This document shows positions 28,188 through 39,514 of a stretch of 64,000 bases of DNA, in pieces. Position 1 is the first letter of the stretch. The number at the start of each line of letters is the position of its first letter. Made by a program: the position numbers and the translations under genes. Under the pieces are notes generated by a model. The model had not been told where the DNA came from. It saw nothing but the letters and a program-made list of their open reading frames with translations, and ran no database searches. Origin of the DNA: Candidatus Pelagibacter sp. (lineage in GTDB: Bacteria > Pseudomonadota > Alphaproteobacteria > Pelagibacterales > Pelagibacteraceae); contig NZ_JBNGZA010000002.1 of assembly GCF_052049935.1 (NCBI RefSeq), positions 19,977 through 83,976 on the forward strand. The letters are read 5' to 3'.

Positions 28188-30764
28188 ATGAATCTGGTTA
28201 TCGTAGAAAGTCCAGCAAAAGCTAAAACAATTAATAAATATTTAGGAGATAATTATACTGTTTTAGCTAGTTATGGTCATATAAGAGATCTTCCTTCAAA
28301 AAATGGATCTGTGGACCCTGAACAAAATTTTAGAATGGAATGGGAAGTTGATAGCTTTTCAAAAAAATACTTAAAAGAAATTACAGATGTTGCAAAAGAG
28401 TCATCAAAAATTATTCTTGCAACTGACCCTGACCGTGAAGGAGAAGCTATAGCTTGGCATGTAAAAGAATATTTAAATGATAAGAAATTATTAAAAGATA
28501 AAGAAATTGAAAGAGTTGTATTCAATGAAATTACAAAAAAAGCTGTAATTCATGGAATTGAGAATCCAAGACAAATAGAACCATTACTTGTTGATGCATA
28601 CATGGCTAGAAGGGCTTTAGATTATTTAGTTGGGTTCAACATATCACCTATTCTATGGACAAAATTACCAGGGTCTAAATCTGCTGGACGTGTACAATCT
28701 GTTGCACTCAAACTTATAACTGAAAGAGAACACGAAATTGAGTCATTCAATCCTGAAGAATTTTGGACACTGAGTATTAAATTTAACGATAAAAATAACA
28801 ATTTAATAACATCTAGTATTTCTCAATTAGATGGAGAAAAAATTGAAAAATTTTCTTTTAGAAATAAAGATGAAATTAACAAAGCCATAGAAAATATCAA
28901 AAATAAAAAATTTTCAATAACTGATATTTCAAGCAAGGTAGTAAGTAGAAATCCTTCTGGACCTTTTACAACATCAACATTACAACAGACAGCCTCTAGT
29001 AGACTTGGTTTTGGGGCTTCAAGAACAATGCAAATTGCTCAAAAGTTATACCAAGGAATTGAGATTGAGGGTGAGACAGTAGGTTTAATCACTTATATGA
29101 GAACAGATGGAACGAATTTATCTGTGGATGCAGTTAAATCATTTAGAGATTATATAAAAAGTGATTTGGGTAAAGAATATTTACCAGAAAATCCATTAAA
29201 CTATTCAGGTAAGAAAGCAAAAAATGCCCAGGAAGCACATGAAGCTATAAGACCAACTGCAATTAACAGAACACCTTCTTCAATTAAAAAATATTTAAGT
29301 GCTGACCAAATAAAATTATATGATTTAATTTGGAGTAGAGCTTTATCATCTCAAATGGAGTCTGCAAAATTTGATAGAAATACAATAACAATAAATTCTG
29401 ACGATGATAGAACTATCTGTAAATCTAGTGGATCAGTACTCAAATTTGATGGCTTTTTAAAAATATATTCATCTCAGTCAAAAGATGATGACGAAGATGT
29501 TTTGCCTCAAATGTCAAAGGGACCAATTAATATTGAAGCATTAATCGATGAACAACATTATACACAGCCACCACCTAGATATTCAGAAGCTAGTTTAGTT
29601 AAAAAATTAGAGGAGTTAGGCATAGGTAGACCATCAACTTATGCTAGTATAATTTCGACTATTGCAAATAGAGGATATGCAGAAATAACTAATAAAAGAT
29701 TTTTTCCAACAGATAGAGGTAAATTGATCTCAGCTTTTTTAGAAAAATTGTTTTCAAAATATGTTGATTATAATTTTACTGCAGGATTAGAGGATCAATT
29801 AGATGAAATAACTTCAGGTAAAGAAAGTTGGATTAAAGTTTTGGAAATGTTTTGGAAAGATTTTAATAATAATGTGTCTGAAGTTAAAGAAAAAAGAACT
29901 AGAGAAGTCTTAGACCTTCTCAATGATAGTTTGGGTGAATTAATTTTTGAAAAAAATAATGATGGAAAAATAGATAGAAATTGTAAATTATGCAACGAAG
30001 GAACTCTTAGTTTAAAAAATAGCTTTAGAGGTGGTGCTTTTATTGGTTGTTCAAATTATCCTGATTGTAAATATACGAGACCATTATCAAAAGCAAAAGC
30101 AGCTGCACAAGCACAACTCGCAGAGCCTAAGTTTATTGGAAAACATGATAATGGAAATGATATTTATCTTAAAAATGGAAGATTTGGTCCCTACTTGCAG
30201 TATGAAATCAATCCTGAAGATATAGAAGAAAAAACTTCAAAAAAAAGAAAGACAAAAAAAAAGAAAGATGAAAACGAAAATTTAAAAAATGTTTCAATAC
30301 CTAAGGGTATTGATTTAAAAGATGTAGATTTAGATAAAGCAAAGTTTTTATGTTCATTACCAAAAAATTTAGGAGTAAATCCAGATAATCAAAAGGATAT
30401 TTTGTTAAATACTGGTCGTTATGGTCCTTATTTAAAATGCGATAATAAATCTGCAAGAATTGAAAATATTGACGAGATTTTTTCAATTGGATTAAATAGA
30501 GCAATAACATTAATTGCTGAAGCTAAACCTGGAAGAATGTCTTCATCTATAATTAAAGATTTAGGAGAACATCCGGAAGATAAAAAACCTGTAAGAATAA
30601 TGAAAGGTCAATATGGACCTTACATAAAATATAAATCATTAAATGCAACTATTCCTGAGGAAAAAGATCCTGCTGAACTAACAATGGAAGAGGCATTAAT
30701 ATTAATTGAGAAAAGAAAAGAATACGATAAAAATAAGAAATCAAAAAAAAGGAAATCAAAATGA
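28188..30764 (+). CDS. topA: DNA topoisomerase I
   Basis: VESPAKAK, ATDPDREGE, GRVQS, ITYMRTD (catalytic Tyr), one Zn ribbon, C-terminal GRF/YGPY repeats. Confidence 0.98.
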   Translation: MNLVIVESPAKAKTINKYLGDNYTVLASYGHIRDLPSKNGSVDPEQNFRMEWEVDSFSKKYLKEITDVAKESSKIILATDPDREGEAIAWHVKEYLNDKKLLKDKEIERVVFNEITKKAVIHGIENPRQIEPLLVDAYMARRALDYLVGFNISPILWTKLPGSKSAGRVQSVALKLITEREHEIESFNPEEFWTLSIKFNDKNNNLITSSISQLDGEKIEKFSFRNKDEINKAIENIKNKKFSITDISSKVVSRNPSGPFTTSTLQQTASSRLGFGASRTMQIAQKLYQGIEIEGETVGLITYMRTDGTNLSVDAVKSFRDYIKSDLGKEYLPENPLNYSGKKAKNAQEAHEAIRPTAINRTPSSIKKYLSADQIKLYDLIWSRALSSQMESAKFDRNTITINSDDDRTICKSSGSVLKFDGFLKIYSSQSKDDDEDVLPQMSKGPINIEALIDEQHYTQPPPRYSEASLVKKLEELGIGRPSTYASIISTIANRGYAEITNKRFFPTDRGKLISAFLEKLFSKYVDYNFTAGLEDQLDEITSGKESWIKVLEMFWKDFNNNVSEVKEKRTREVLDLLNDSLGELIFEKNNDGKIDRNCKLCNEGTLSLKNSFRGGAFIGCSNYPDCKYTRPLSKAKAAAQAQLAEPKFIGKHDNGNDIYLKNGRFGPYLQYEINPEDIEEKTSKKRKTKKKKDENENLKNVSIPKGIDLKDVDLDKAKFLCSLPKNLGVNPDNQKDILLNTGRYGPYLKCDNKSARIENIDEIFSIGLNRAITLIAEAKPGRMSSSIIKDLGEHPEDKKPVRIMKGQYGPYIKYKSLNATIPEEKDPAELTMEEALILIEKRKEYDKNKKSKKRKSK

Positions 30765-31222
30765 GTTATGAAGAAAACATAAAGAAATTAGATTTAAAAT
30801 TACCTAATGCAGCAGATCCAGTTGGTTCTTACATAGCTGCAAAAATAGTAAACAAATTACTTTACATATCGGGACAAATATCAATGTCAGAAAATGGTGA
30901 GTTAATTAAAGGCAAATTAGGATCTGATTTAAAAGTAGACGATGGTTATAAAGCTGCAGAAAGATGTGCTTTAAGTATAATCGCACAAGCCAAAAAAGCA
31001 TGCAATGATGACTTATCTAAAATCAAATCTTGTGTAAAGCTCACAGGATTTGTTAATTCAACGGACGATTTTACTGATCAACCTAAGGTTATTAACGGTG
31101 CTTCTGATTTAATTGCTAAAGTTTTTGGTGAAGCAGGTATGCATACAAGAGCAGCAGTTAGCACAAATAGCTTACCTTTAGGTGTTGCTGTTGAGGTTGA
31201 TGCAATATTTGAGATAAATTAA
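30761..31222 (+). CDS. RidA/YjgF/UK114 family protein
   Basis: YISGQIS, VKLTGFVNS, HTRAAVSTNSLPLGVAVEVDAIF. Confidence 0.92.
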   Translation: MSYEENIKKLDLKLPNAADPVGSYIAAKIVNKLLYISGQISMSENGELIKGKLGSDLKVDDGYKAAERCALSIIAQAKKACNDDLSKIKSCVKLTGFVNSTDDFTDQPKVINGASDLIAKVFGEAGMHTRAAVSTNSLPLGVAVEVDAIFEIN

Positions 31223-32517
31223 CGTCCAATACCAAAATATTTTACACCTTGTTTCTTCATCTTATCAGGTGAATAGATATTTCTCATATCATAGACTGTT
31301 AATTTCTTTCTATTTGATAATGATTTAAAATTAATTGATTTAAAATCATTCCATTCAGTATGAATAATTGTTAGGTCTGATTTTTTAATTGCTGACTTAA
31401 AGTCTTTTTCAAATTTAACATTCTTAACTTTTTTAAACTCTCTTTTTTCTCCAGTTGGATCAAAATAAGTTATTATGGCGCCTTTTTTTGATAAAGCAGG
31501 TATCATAGAAAGACTAGAAGAATCTCTCATATCATCTGTATTAGCTTTAAAAGTAACACCTAAAAATAAAATTTTTTTATTTTTAATTTGTTTATTTAAA
31601 ATTTTGTTTACACGATTAAGTAATAAAATTGATCTTTTTTCATTCGATTTGATAACAGATTTAATTACAGATAAATTTGTTTTAAATTTATCAGCAGTAG
31701 ATGTTATTGCCTTAGTATCTTTAGGAAAACAAGAACCTCCGTATGCTGGACCAGCTCTTAAAAATCGCCCACCTATTCTCTTATCTAAACCTATTCCTAT
31801 TGATATATCTTCAACATTTATACCAGTTTGTTCACAAAGATTTGCAATTTCATTTATAAAGGTTATTTTTGTAGCCAAAAAAGCATTAGCTGCGTACTTA
31901 ATTAGTTCAGCAGCTCTACGAGATGTGTGAACATAACTTGTACCTTTTGAAATTAGAGGTGCATAAAGATTTTTCATAATTTGATTAGATTTTTTGTCAT
32001 CAGTCCCAATCACAACTCTATCAGGGTATATAAAATCTCTAATAGCCTCTCCTTCTCTCAAAAATTCTGGATTTGAAACAACTGAAAATTTATTTTTTGA
32101 AATTTTTTTAGATATAATTTTTTCTATTTCGTCACCTGTTGTAACTGGAACAGTTGATTTAGTGATAATTATTTTAAATTTATTTATTGAAGAAGCAATT
32201 TCTTTAGCAGCATTATATATTTGAGTTAAGTCTGCACTACTACCACCTTTTTTTGTTGGTGTGCCGACGCAAATAAATATTATATCAGATCTTTTTATAG
32301 ATTCTTTTAAATTAGTTGAAAATGAAAGTCTTTTATTTTTATAATTTTTAATTACAAGTTCCTCTAATCCTGGTTCATAAATTGGAATTATTCCTTTTTT
32401 TAAATTTTCTATTTTCTTTTGATCTTTGTCTACGCAGATAACATCATTTCCTAAATCGGAAAAACATACACCACTTACTAAGCCAACATAGCCAGTTCCT
32501 ATCATACAAAGTTTCAT
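31219..32517 (-). CDS. ugd: UDP-glucose 6-dehydrogenase
   Basis: GTGYVG, ICVGTP, KSTVP, SNPEFLREG, YGGSCFPKD, FKANTDDMR. Start set to ATG 32517 (ATGA overlap with galU). Confidence 0.96.
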   Translation of the reverse strand: MKLCMIGTGYVGLVSGVCFSDLGNDVICVDKDQKKIENLKKGIIPIYEPGLEELVIKNYKNKRLSFSTNLKESIKRSDIIFICVGTPTKKGGSSADLTQIYNAAKEIASSINKFKIIITKSTVPVTTGDEIEKIISKKISKNKFSVVSNPEFLREGEAIRDFIYPDRVVIGTDDKKSNQIMKNLYAPLISKGTSYVHTSRRAAELIKYAANAFLATKITFINEIANLCEQTGINVEDISIGIGLDKRIGGRFLRAGPAYGGSCFPKDTKAITSTADKFKTNLSVIKSVIKSNEKRSILLLNRVNKILNKQIKNKKILFLGVTFKANTDDMRDSSSLSMIPALSKKGAIITYFDPTGEKREFKKVKNVKFEKDFKSAIKKSDLTIIHTEWNDFKSINFKSLSNRKKLTVYDMRNIYSPDKMKKQGVKYFGIGR

Positions 32518-33329
32518 AGTTTTGATATTTCTAAAGTTGAATTGATATAACCATGTAAAGTACCACAATCAAGATACTTTCCTTTAAAATTGTGTGCAAC
32601 AAATAGATTATTTTTTTTTATTAAGTTTTGAATTGCATCAGTGATATGAATTTCTCCTCCCTTGCCAGGTTTTAAATCTTTAATTTCACTAAAAATTTTT
32701 TTTGGGAGAATGTATCTGCCTATTACTGCTTTATTGGAAGGAGCATCTTTTATTTTAGGTTTTTCAATCACATCTTCAATTTTATAATTATTTTTAGAAA
32801 GTTTTTTTGATAGTTTATAAATACCCCATCTTGATACAGTCTTTTTATTTACAGTCATACTAGCCATGACTGAAGATTTATGTTTTTTGTGAACATTTAT
32901 CATTTCTTTTGAACAATTATTCTTAACAATTAGATCATCAGGTAATAGCATCAAAAAATGATTTGATTTGATATGTTTTTTTGTTTTCATAACAGCATCA
33001 CCTGTTCCAAGAGGTTTGTTTTGATAAACAAATTTTATCATTTTCTTATATTTTAAAATTTTCTTATATTCTTTCAATATCCTTATATCTTTCTTTTTTT
33101 TCAAAATTTTTTTATAAAAGGTATCATTGTAGAAATAATCCTTAATCATCTTTTTTTTATCTGAGATAATAAAAATTATCTCTTTTATACCTGCCTCAAA
33201 ACATTCATCTAATATATATTCAAGTCCAGGCTTTCCGTTAATTGGTAAAAGTTCTTTAGCAAAAACACTTGTTAATGGAAGGAGTCTGGTTCCTAATCCT
33301 GCTAGTGGAATAATTGCTTGTTTAATCAT
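32514..33329 (-). CDS. galU: UTP--glucose-1-phosphate uridylyltransferase
   Basis: AIIPLAGLGTRLLP, KELLPI, LGTGDA, IEKP, GEIHITDAI, DCG. Confidence 0.93.
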   Translation of the reverse strand: MIKQAIIPLAGLGTRLLPLTSVFAKELLPINGKPGLEYILDECFEAGIKEIIFIISDKKKMIKDYFYNDTFYKKILKKKKDIRILKEYKKILKYKKMIKFVYQNKPLGTGDAVMKTKKHIKSNHFLMLLPDDLIVKNNCSKEMINVHKKHKSSVMASMTVNKKTVSRWGIYKLSKKLSKNNYKIEDVIEKPKIKDAPSNKAVIGRYILPKKIFSEIKDLKPGKGGEIHITDAIQNLIKKNNLFVAHNFKGKYLDCGTLHGYINSTLEISKL

Positions 33330-33363
33330 TTAAATGTTTTACTTATAAAATATTTTATTAAAA

Positions 33364-34176
33364 ATGAAAGTTATAATAAATAACACTCAATTAGAAAAAA
33401 TCATTAAACTAAATCAAAATATTGGTTTTGTTCCTACAATGGGGAGTCTCCATAAAGGTCATATATCACTTATTAAAGAAAGTAAAAAAAAATCAAAAAA
33501 AACCTTAGTGAGTATTTTTGTAAATCCTAAACAATTTAATGATAAAAAAGACTTCATAAATTACCCTAGAAATATTAATAAAGATAAATCTATATTAAAA
33601 AATCTTAAAGTAGATTTTCTGTATTTACCTTCTGCAAAAGAAATTTTTCCTAAATCAAGTAAATTAATTAAAAAGATTAGTAAAAAAAATCAAATTTTAT
33701 GTGCAAAATTTCGTAAAGGTCATTTTGAAGGAGTTTTAAATGTTATGGATAGATTAACATATCTAATTAATCCAAGAAATATTTTTATGGGAGAAAAGGA
33801 TTATCAACAATTTTATATTGTAAAAAAATATTTAGAAAAGAAATACAAAACAAATGTTATCTTGTGTAAAACGATTAGAGATAAAAATGGGTTGGCTTTA
33901 TCAAGTAGAAATAAATTGCTTAAAAAATCTGAAATTTTAAAAGCACAAATAATTGCTAAAGATTTAAGAAAAATTAAATCAAATATAAAAAAAATTTCAA
34001 ATATTAAAACAGAATTAGAAAATAAAAAAAAAGAATTAGAAGAAAAATTTAGTATTCAAATTCAATATTTAGAATTAAGAAATAAAATCAACTTAGATTT
34101 ATCTATAAAAAAACAAAATTCTAAATTATTTGTTGCATACTATTTAAATCGTGTAAGACTTATTGATAATTTTTAA
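33364..34176 (+). CDS. panC: Pantoate--beta-alanine ligase
   Basis: VPTMGSLHKGH, SIFVNPKQF, RKGHFEGV, GEKDYQQ, GLALSSRN. Confidence 0.96.
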   Translation: MKVIINNTQLEKIIKLNQNIGFVPTMGSLHKGHISLIKESKKKSKKTLVSIFVNPKQFNDKKDFINYPRNINKDKSILKNLKVDFLYLPSAKEIFPKSSKLIKKISKKNQILCAKFRKGHFEGVLNVMDRLTYLINPRNIFMGEKDYQQFYIVKKYLEKKYKTNVILCKTIRDKNGLALSSRNKLLKKSEILKAQIIAKDLRKIKSNIKKISNIKTELENKKKELEEKFSIQIQYLELRNKINLDLSIKKQNSKLFVAYYLNRVRLIDNF

Positions 34177-34178
34177 TT

Positions 34179-35552
34179 TTATAAAAAATAAGCACCTACA
34201 CCTAAAAATGAAACAAAACCAATTACATCAGTTATTGTAGTAACAAAAACACTAGATGCTATTGCAGGATCTATATTCATACGTTTTAAAGTGACTGGTA
34301 TTAATATCCCAAATAATCCAGCTATAATCATAGTCAACACCATAGATAAAGAAATTATAAGAGATAGTTGATTGTCCTGAAACCACAATTGAACAATTAA
34401 TGAACTTATTATTGCAAAAATTATCCCATTCAACACCCCAATATTAAATTCTTTTAGAATATTTTGAGTAAAATTGTTTTTTGTAAGATCATTTGTTGCT
34501 AATGATCTGACAGTTACAGCTAGTGTTTGCATCCCAGCATTACCACCCATAGAAGCGACAATAGGCATTAGAAAAGCTAAAACTACCATTTGTTCAATAG
34601 TAGCTCCAAAAAGACTAATGCACCAAGTTGCTAAAAAAGCAGTAAATAAATTTAACAACAGCCAATTAAATCTTCGTTTAGTTTTAGTTATTACTCCATC
34701 TGTTATTTCTTCATCACCAACACCAGCTAACCTTAACGCGTCCTCTTCAGCTTCTTCTTTTAATACTGTAAGAACATCATCTGAAGTTATCATTCCAACA
34801 AGTTTATCAGTTTTATCAACCACGCATGCAGAATTTAAACTATAATTTTCAAATAAATTACCCACCTCTTCTCTATCCATATCAACTGGAACTAAAAAAG
34901 GAGAACCAATCATTATAGATGACATTTTAGTATCTCTCGGTGTTCTTAATACTTTTGAAGATGGAACTGTTCCAATTGGTTTAAAATTTTCGTCAACAAT
35001 AAATATTTCTAAAAATTCCTCAGGTAAATCTTTATTTTCTCTTAAATAGTCAATAGTTTGTCCTACAGACCAATTACTTGGTATTGCAGTAAATTCTCTT
35101 TGCATTATTCTTGCAGCACTATCTTCTGGATAGCTTAAGCCTTCTAACAACGCAAAACGATCTTTAGGAGGTAAAGCAGATAAAATTGTGTTTTTATCTT
35201 TTTCATCAACATTCTCTAAAACCATGATAGCATCATCAGAATCAAGATTTTTTAAAATACTTACAATCGAATCTGAAGATAAATATTTAATTATTTCTGA
35301 TTGAACAGACTCATTTAATTCAATAAATACATCAGGATCAATCTTGAAATTGTTGAGTTTAATTAAGCTTTCTCTATCATTAAGACTTAAATGTTCAATT
35401 ATATCTGCAGCATCTGCAGGGTGCATCTCTTTAAATGAATTTGTAATAAATAAAGCATCATTATTAACAATTTTGTCAGTAACAACTTTTATGTATTCCT
35501 TGTTAAACTCAAAATTGACTTTTTTATCTTTTATTTTTTTATTCAAAGTCAT
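34179..35552 (-). CDS. mgtE: Magnesium transporter MgtE
   Basis: MHPADAAD, CBS pair, SMGGNAGMQT, DPAIASSVFVTTITD. Confidence 0.96.
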   Translation of the reverse strand: MTLNKKIKDKKVNFEFNKEYIKVVTDKIVNNDALFITNSFKEMHPADAADIIEHLSLNDRESLIKLNNFKIDPDVFIELNESVQSEIIKYLSSDSIVSILKNLDSDDAIMVLENVDEKDKNTILSALPPKDRFALLEGLSYPEDSAARIMQREFTAIPSNWSVGQTIDYLRENKDLPEEFLEIFIVDENFKPIGTVPSSKVLRTPRDTKMSSIMIGSPFLVPVDMDREEVGNLFENYSLNSACVVDKTDKLVGMITSDDVLTVLKEEAEEDALRLAGVGDEEITDGVITKTKRRFNWLLLNLFTAFLATWCISLFGATIEQMVVLAFLMPIVASMGGNAGMQTLAVTVRSLATNDLTKNNFTQNILKEFNIGVLNGIIFAIISSLIVQLWFQDNQLSLIISLSMVLTMIIAGLFGILIPVTLKRMNIDPAIASSVFVTTITDVIGFVSFLGVGAYFL

Positions 35553-35613
35553 AATTAAACCTTTTATATTGCATCGATCTTTTAATATAAATTAAGAAGA
35601 TTACAATTTTTAA

Positions 35614-36243
35614 ATGAAAATAGAGATTAAAAAGTCAATAAAACCAATAGATTATAATTTTGCTTTATCAGAATTAGAGAAAAGATTAAGCAATGTTATT
35701 AATAGCAAATCAAATGAATTGATTTGGATATTAGAGCATAATGAAATTTATACTGCTGGAACTAGCTCTAAAAATGAAGAAATACTAAACAAAGACATAA
35801 AAGTTATTAATACAAATCGAGGTGGAAAAATTACATATCATGGCCCAGGTCAATTAATGTTTTATTTTGTAATAGATTTAAATAGAAGAAAAAAAGATAT
35901 TAGAAAATTTATTTCTATAATTGAAAATACAATTATAGAAACTTTAAGTGAATATGAAATCAATGTTTTTGCTGATAAAGAGAATGTTGGTATTTGGTTT
36001 AATCAAAATAGTGAAATAACTAAAGTAGCTGCAATCGGAGTGAGAGTTAGTAAATGGATTGCATACCATGGTTTTTCACTGAATATTAATTGCGATTTAA
36101 AAAATTATAATAATATTATCCCATGTGGAATTTCTGATCGAGGTGTTACAAATTTAGTTAGAATTAAAGATATTAATTATAAAGGTATTGAAGAAAAATT
36201 AATAAAGAATTTTATTACTAATTTAGAAATTTTAAGCGCTTAA
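35614..36243 (+). CDS. lipB: Lipoyl(octanoyl) transferase
   Basis: [39 protein letters not shown]. Confidence 0.96.
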   Translation: MKIEIKKSIKPIDYNFALSELEKRLSNVINSKSNELIWILEHNEIYTAGTSSKNEEILNKDIKVINTNRGGKITYHGPGQLMFYFVIDLNRRKKDIRKFISIIENTIIETLSEYEINVFADKENVGIWFNQNSEITKVAAIGVRVSKWIAYHGFSLNINCDLKNYNNIIPCGISDRGVTNLVRIKDINYKGIEEKLIKNFITNLEILSA

Positions 36244-37129
36244 CTTTTAGTAATTCATTAAAGTAATTTGGTAAAGAAGCTCTATAAGTATATTTTTTAT
36301 CATTAATAATAAATTTTATTTGATAAGAATGTAACATTAAATTTTTATTTTTAGATTGTTTAAAAAATTTATTTGAATACTTGCTGTCCCCATAAATTGA
36401 ATTACCGATTGCATAAAGTTGTTTTCTAAGCTGATGCTTTCTTCCAGTTATAGGTTTAAGCTCAATAAGAGAACAAATTGAATTTTTATCAAGAACTTTA
36501 TAAGTTGTTTTCGCTTCTTCTATAATTTTTTTTCCATTATCGTATCTAATTAGCATATCATTAAATTGGCCAGAGTTTTTTTCTATTTCACCATGACATA
36601 TAGCTAAATAAGTTTTGTGAACTTTACGCATTCTAAATAATGATGTTAAGAGTTGTGCTGTTTCTCTATTTTTAGCAATTATAAATACTCCTGAAGTTTC
36701 TTTATCTAATCTATGAACTGAAAATGGTTTTGTGTCTTGAAAAATTTCACTTTTAGAAAATATATCTATTAAATTTTTTTTAGATTTTGTTCCACCTTGT
36801 ACAGAAATACCTGCACTTTTATTCATCACTACAAAGTTTTCGTTATTATCTATAATTAAATTTTCATTTTCTTTAATTATCTTATTTGATGGTTTAAATT
36901 TAATTTTTTTTTCTAAAAGATTTTCTTTAAATTCAAAATTGTGCAAATCGATCTTGTCACCTAGGTTTAATTTAAAATTACTTTTAACTTTTTTATTATT
37001 GACTTTAACTTTTCCATTTCTTAAAGATTTCTCAATTAATGATTGGGGAAACTTGCCAATATTAAATCTCAAATATTTATCAATACGCATACTAGCAAAC
37101 GTTTTATCAACGATAAAAGATTTGATCAT
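36218..37129 (-). CDS. rluC: RluA-family 23S rRNA pseudouridine synthase with S4 domain (RluC-like)
   Basis: MRIDKYL S4 domain, [27 protein letters not shown]. Confidence 0.85.
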   Translation of the reverse strand: MIKSFIVDKTFASMRIDKYLRFNIGKFPQSLIEKSLRNGKVKVNNKKVKSNFKLNLGDKIDLHNFEFKENLLEKKIKFKPSNKIIKENENLIIDNNENFVVMNKSAGISVQGGTKSKKNLIDIFSKSEIFQDTKPFSVHRLDKETSGVFIIAKNRETAQLLTSLFRMRKVHKTYLAICHGEIEKNSGQFNDMLIRYDNGKKIIEEAKTTYKVLDKNSICSLIELKPITGRKHQLRKQLYAIGNSIYGDSKYSNKFFKQSKNKNLMLHSYQIKFIINDKKYTYRASLPNYFNELLKVKRLKFLN

Positions 37130-37147
37130 TAAGTGTATTTTATATCA

Positions 37148-37168
37148 AAATTAGCTTGTAGCTAATTT
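37148..37168 (-). terminator. Weak hairpin over the rplQ stop (AAATTAGCT-ACA-AGCTAATTT), possible alpha-operon terminator
   Basis: 9-bp inverted repeat, AT-rich, short U-run. Confidence 0.3.
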
Positions 37169-37594
37169 CTTTTCTTCTGTTTTCTCAGCTTCTTTTGAAG
37201 GTTCTTTTTTCTTTTTATCTACTCTTTTCGCCTCAACGTCTCTGTCAACAAATTCAATTATTGCCATTGGAGCGTTATCACCATATCTAAAACCTGCTTT
37301 AATTATTCTAGTGTAACCACCACTTCTTTTTTCATATCTTTTTGATAAGGTCTTTTTTACTTTATTTGCAGATTTAATATCTTGTAACTGTGAAACTAGC
37401 ATCTTAGTATTATGTAAAGTATCTTTTTTTCCTAACGTAATTATTTTATCAGCTTGAGGCTTAAGAAATTTGGCTTTTGGTAAAGTGGTTTTAATCTGTT
37501 CATATTTTATTAGGGAATTAAGCATGTTTTTTAACAAAGCTTTCCTGTGTTCAGATGTTCTATTTAATTTTTTATTAGCTAAGCCGTGTCTCAT
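37151..37594 (-). CDS. rplQ: 50S ribosomal protein L17
   Basis: [32 protein letters not shown]. Confidence 0.98.
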   Translation of the reverse strand: MRHGLANKKLNRTSEHRKALLKNMLNSLIKYEQIKTTLPKAKFLKPQADKIITLGKKDTLHNTKMLVSQLQDIKSANKVKKTLSKRYEKRSGGYTRIIKAGFRYGDNAPMAIIEFVDRDVEAKRVDKKKKEPSKEAEKTEEKKLATS

Positions 37595-37596
37595 TA

Positions 37597-38625
37597 TTAA
37601 ATTGCTTCCTCAAGTTTTTTTGACATCTCAGCTATATTATCTGGTGGCCAATTTGGAATTTCCATACCTAAATATAAAGACATACCAGTTAAGACTTCTT
37701 TAATTTCATTTAAAGATTTTCTACCAAAATTTGGTGTTCTAAGCATCTCACCTTCAGATTTTTGAACCAAATCCCCAATGTAAATAATGTTATCATTTTT
37801 TAAACAATTCATTGATCTTACCGAAAGTTCTAATTCATCTACTTTTCTTAATAAATTTTTATTAAATTCAGGTTCTGTAGAAACTTCTTTTACTGGTGCC
37901 TCAACAGGTTCGTCAAAATTAATAAACATTTTAAGTTGATCTTGGAAAATTCTTGCTGAATAAGCTACTGCATCTTCTGCTGATATGGATCCGTTAGTTT
38001 CAACTTGCATAGTAAGTTTATCATAATCAAGTGCTTTTCCTTCTCTTGCAGTGCTTACAGAGTATGAAACTTTCTTTACTGGACTATATAATGAATCAAT
38101 TGCAATTAATCCTAATGGTGGTTCTTCTGGTTTATTTAATTCTGCAGGTACATAACCTTTTCCTGTATTTACATTCATTTCCATATGAAAATTAGTATTT
38201 TCATCTAAATTACATATGACTAAGTCAGGATTTAAAATTTCAACATCTGCGACTGGAGCAATATCAGATGCTTTAATTTCACCTGGACCCTTAGCATCTA
38301 AAATTAACTTTTTTGTTCCTTCAGAAGCACTTTTAAGTGCTAATGATTTAACATTTAAAACAATATCAGTTACATCTTCTCTAACTCCTTTAATAGATGT
38401 AAATTCATGTAACACACCATCAATCTGGATTGATGTTACAGCAGTACCTCTTATTGAAGATAAAAGTATTCTTCTTAAAGAGTTACCTAAAGTTAATCCA
38501 TAACCTTTTTCAAGTGGTTCTGCAACTATTGTTGCTTGTGTTAAATCTTCACTCATTTTAACGTCAAGCTTTGTAGGCTTAATTAATGATTTCCAATTTT
38601 TAACGTTTACATTTTCAGTTTCCAT
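37597..38625 (-). CDS. rpoA: RNA polymerase alpha subunit
   Basis: [40 protein letters not shown]. Confidence 0.98.
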   Translation of the reverse strand: METENVNVKNWKSLIKPTKLDVKMSEDLTQATIVAEPLEKGYGLTLGNSLRRILLSSIRGTAVTSIQIDGVLHEFTSIKGVREDVTDIVLNVKSLALKSASEGTKKLILDAKGPGEIKASDIAPVADVEILNPDLVICNLDENTNFHMEMNVNTGKGYVPAELNKPEEPPLGLIAIDSLYSPVKKVSYSVSTAREGKALDYDKLTMQVETNGSISAEDAVAYSARIFQDQLKMFINFDEPVEAPVKEVSTEPEFNKNLLRKVDELELSVRSMNCLKNDNIIYIGDLVQKSEGEMLRTPNFGRKSLNEIKEVLTGMSLYLGMEIPNWPPDNIAEMSKKLEEAI

Positions 38626-39074
38626 TAAACTCTCCTTTTCTTAGGTGGTCTTGTTCCGTTATGTGGCATTGGTGTTGTATCTTTAATAGATAAAATTTTA
38701 AAACCTCTTGCCTGTAATGCTCTAAGAGCTGTTTCTCTACCTGAACCTGGTCCTTTAACTTCTACAGACAAAGTTTTCATTCCATATTCAAGAGCTTTAG
38801 AAGCTGCTGTATCTGCTGCTATTTGAGCTGCATATGGTGTCGATTTTCTTGAACCTTTAAATCCTTTAGAGCCTGCGGATGACCAAGAAATAACATTTCC
38901 ATTCGTATCAGCGATTGAAACTATTGTGTTATTAAATGTAGATTGAACATACGCAATTCCATTAAGTATGTTTTTTTTTGATTTTTTCTTTTTTGAGTAC
39001 GAACTTTTGTTAGACTTTTTTGAAGATTTTTCTACCTTCTGATCTTTGTTATCAGTTTTTTCTGTTTTAGCCAT
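38625..39074 (-). CDS. rpsK: 30S ribosomal protein S11
   Basis: [32 protein letters not shown]. Confidence 0.98.
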   Translation of the reverse strand: MAKTEKTDNKDQKVEKSSKKSNKSSYSKKKKSKKNILNGIAYVQSTFNNTIVSIADTNGNVISWSSAGSKGFKGSRKSTPYAAQIAADTAASKALEYGMKTLSVEVKGPGSGRETALRALQARGFKILSIKDTTPMPHNGTRPPKKRRV

Positions 39075-39076
39075 TT

Positions 39077-39460
39077 TTATTTTTTAGTTGGTGTTAATTT
39101 TTTTCCAGCAATAGCTATAGCTTTACCTTTTCTTGTTCTTGCATTGCATCTAGTTCTTTGACCCCTAACAGGTAATTTTTTTCTATGCCTTGAGCCTCTG
39201 TAACAAGCTAAATCAATTAAACGTTTAATGCTTAAAGAATAATCTCTTCTTAAATCACCTTCGACTTTGAAATTTTGGTCTATATATTCTCTTATTTTTA
39301 AAATTTCTTCGTCAGTTAATTCATTAACTCTTTTTTCTCTTGGAATTTCCAGAGAAGAACAAATTTGATTTGAGAACTTGTCACCTATACCATAAATATA
39401 TGTAAGTCCAATGTGGACAAGCTTATTTTGTGGAATGTTAATACCTGCAATACGTGCCAT
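39077..39460 (-). CDS. rpsM: 30S ribosomal protein S13
   Basis: [23 protein letters not shown]. Confidence 0.98.
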   Translation of the reverse strand: MARIAGINIPQNKLVHIGLTYIYGIGDKFSNQICSSLEIPREKRVNELTDEEILKIREYIDQNFKVEGDLRRDYSLSIKRLIDLACYRGSRHRKKLPVRGQRTRCNARTRKGKAIAIAGKKLTPTKK

Positions 39461-39482
39461 AAATCTGTGATAAATTGTAGCC

Positions 39483-39510
39483 TTTATATAAGAAGATCTT
39501 CTAAAGTCAA
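39483..39510 (-). promoter_or_regulatory. Candidate alpha-operon promoter TTGACT-16-TATAAA
   Basis: In the adk-rpsM spacer; 12-bp palindrome AGAAGATCTTCT at 39491-39502 within the spacer. Confidence 0.5.
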
Positions 39511-39514
39511 CTTC

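Noticed and set aside
31475-31930. 151-aa plus-strand ORF
   Set aside because: Antisense shadow of ugd
35553-35613. Mg2+ riboswitch upstream of mgtE
   Set aside because: The spacer is only 61 bp, shared with lipB, and has no GC-rich structure
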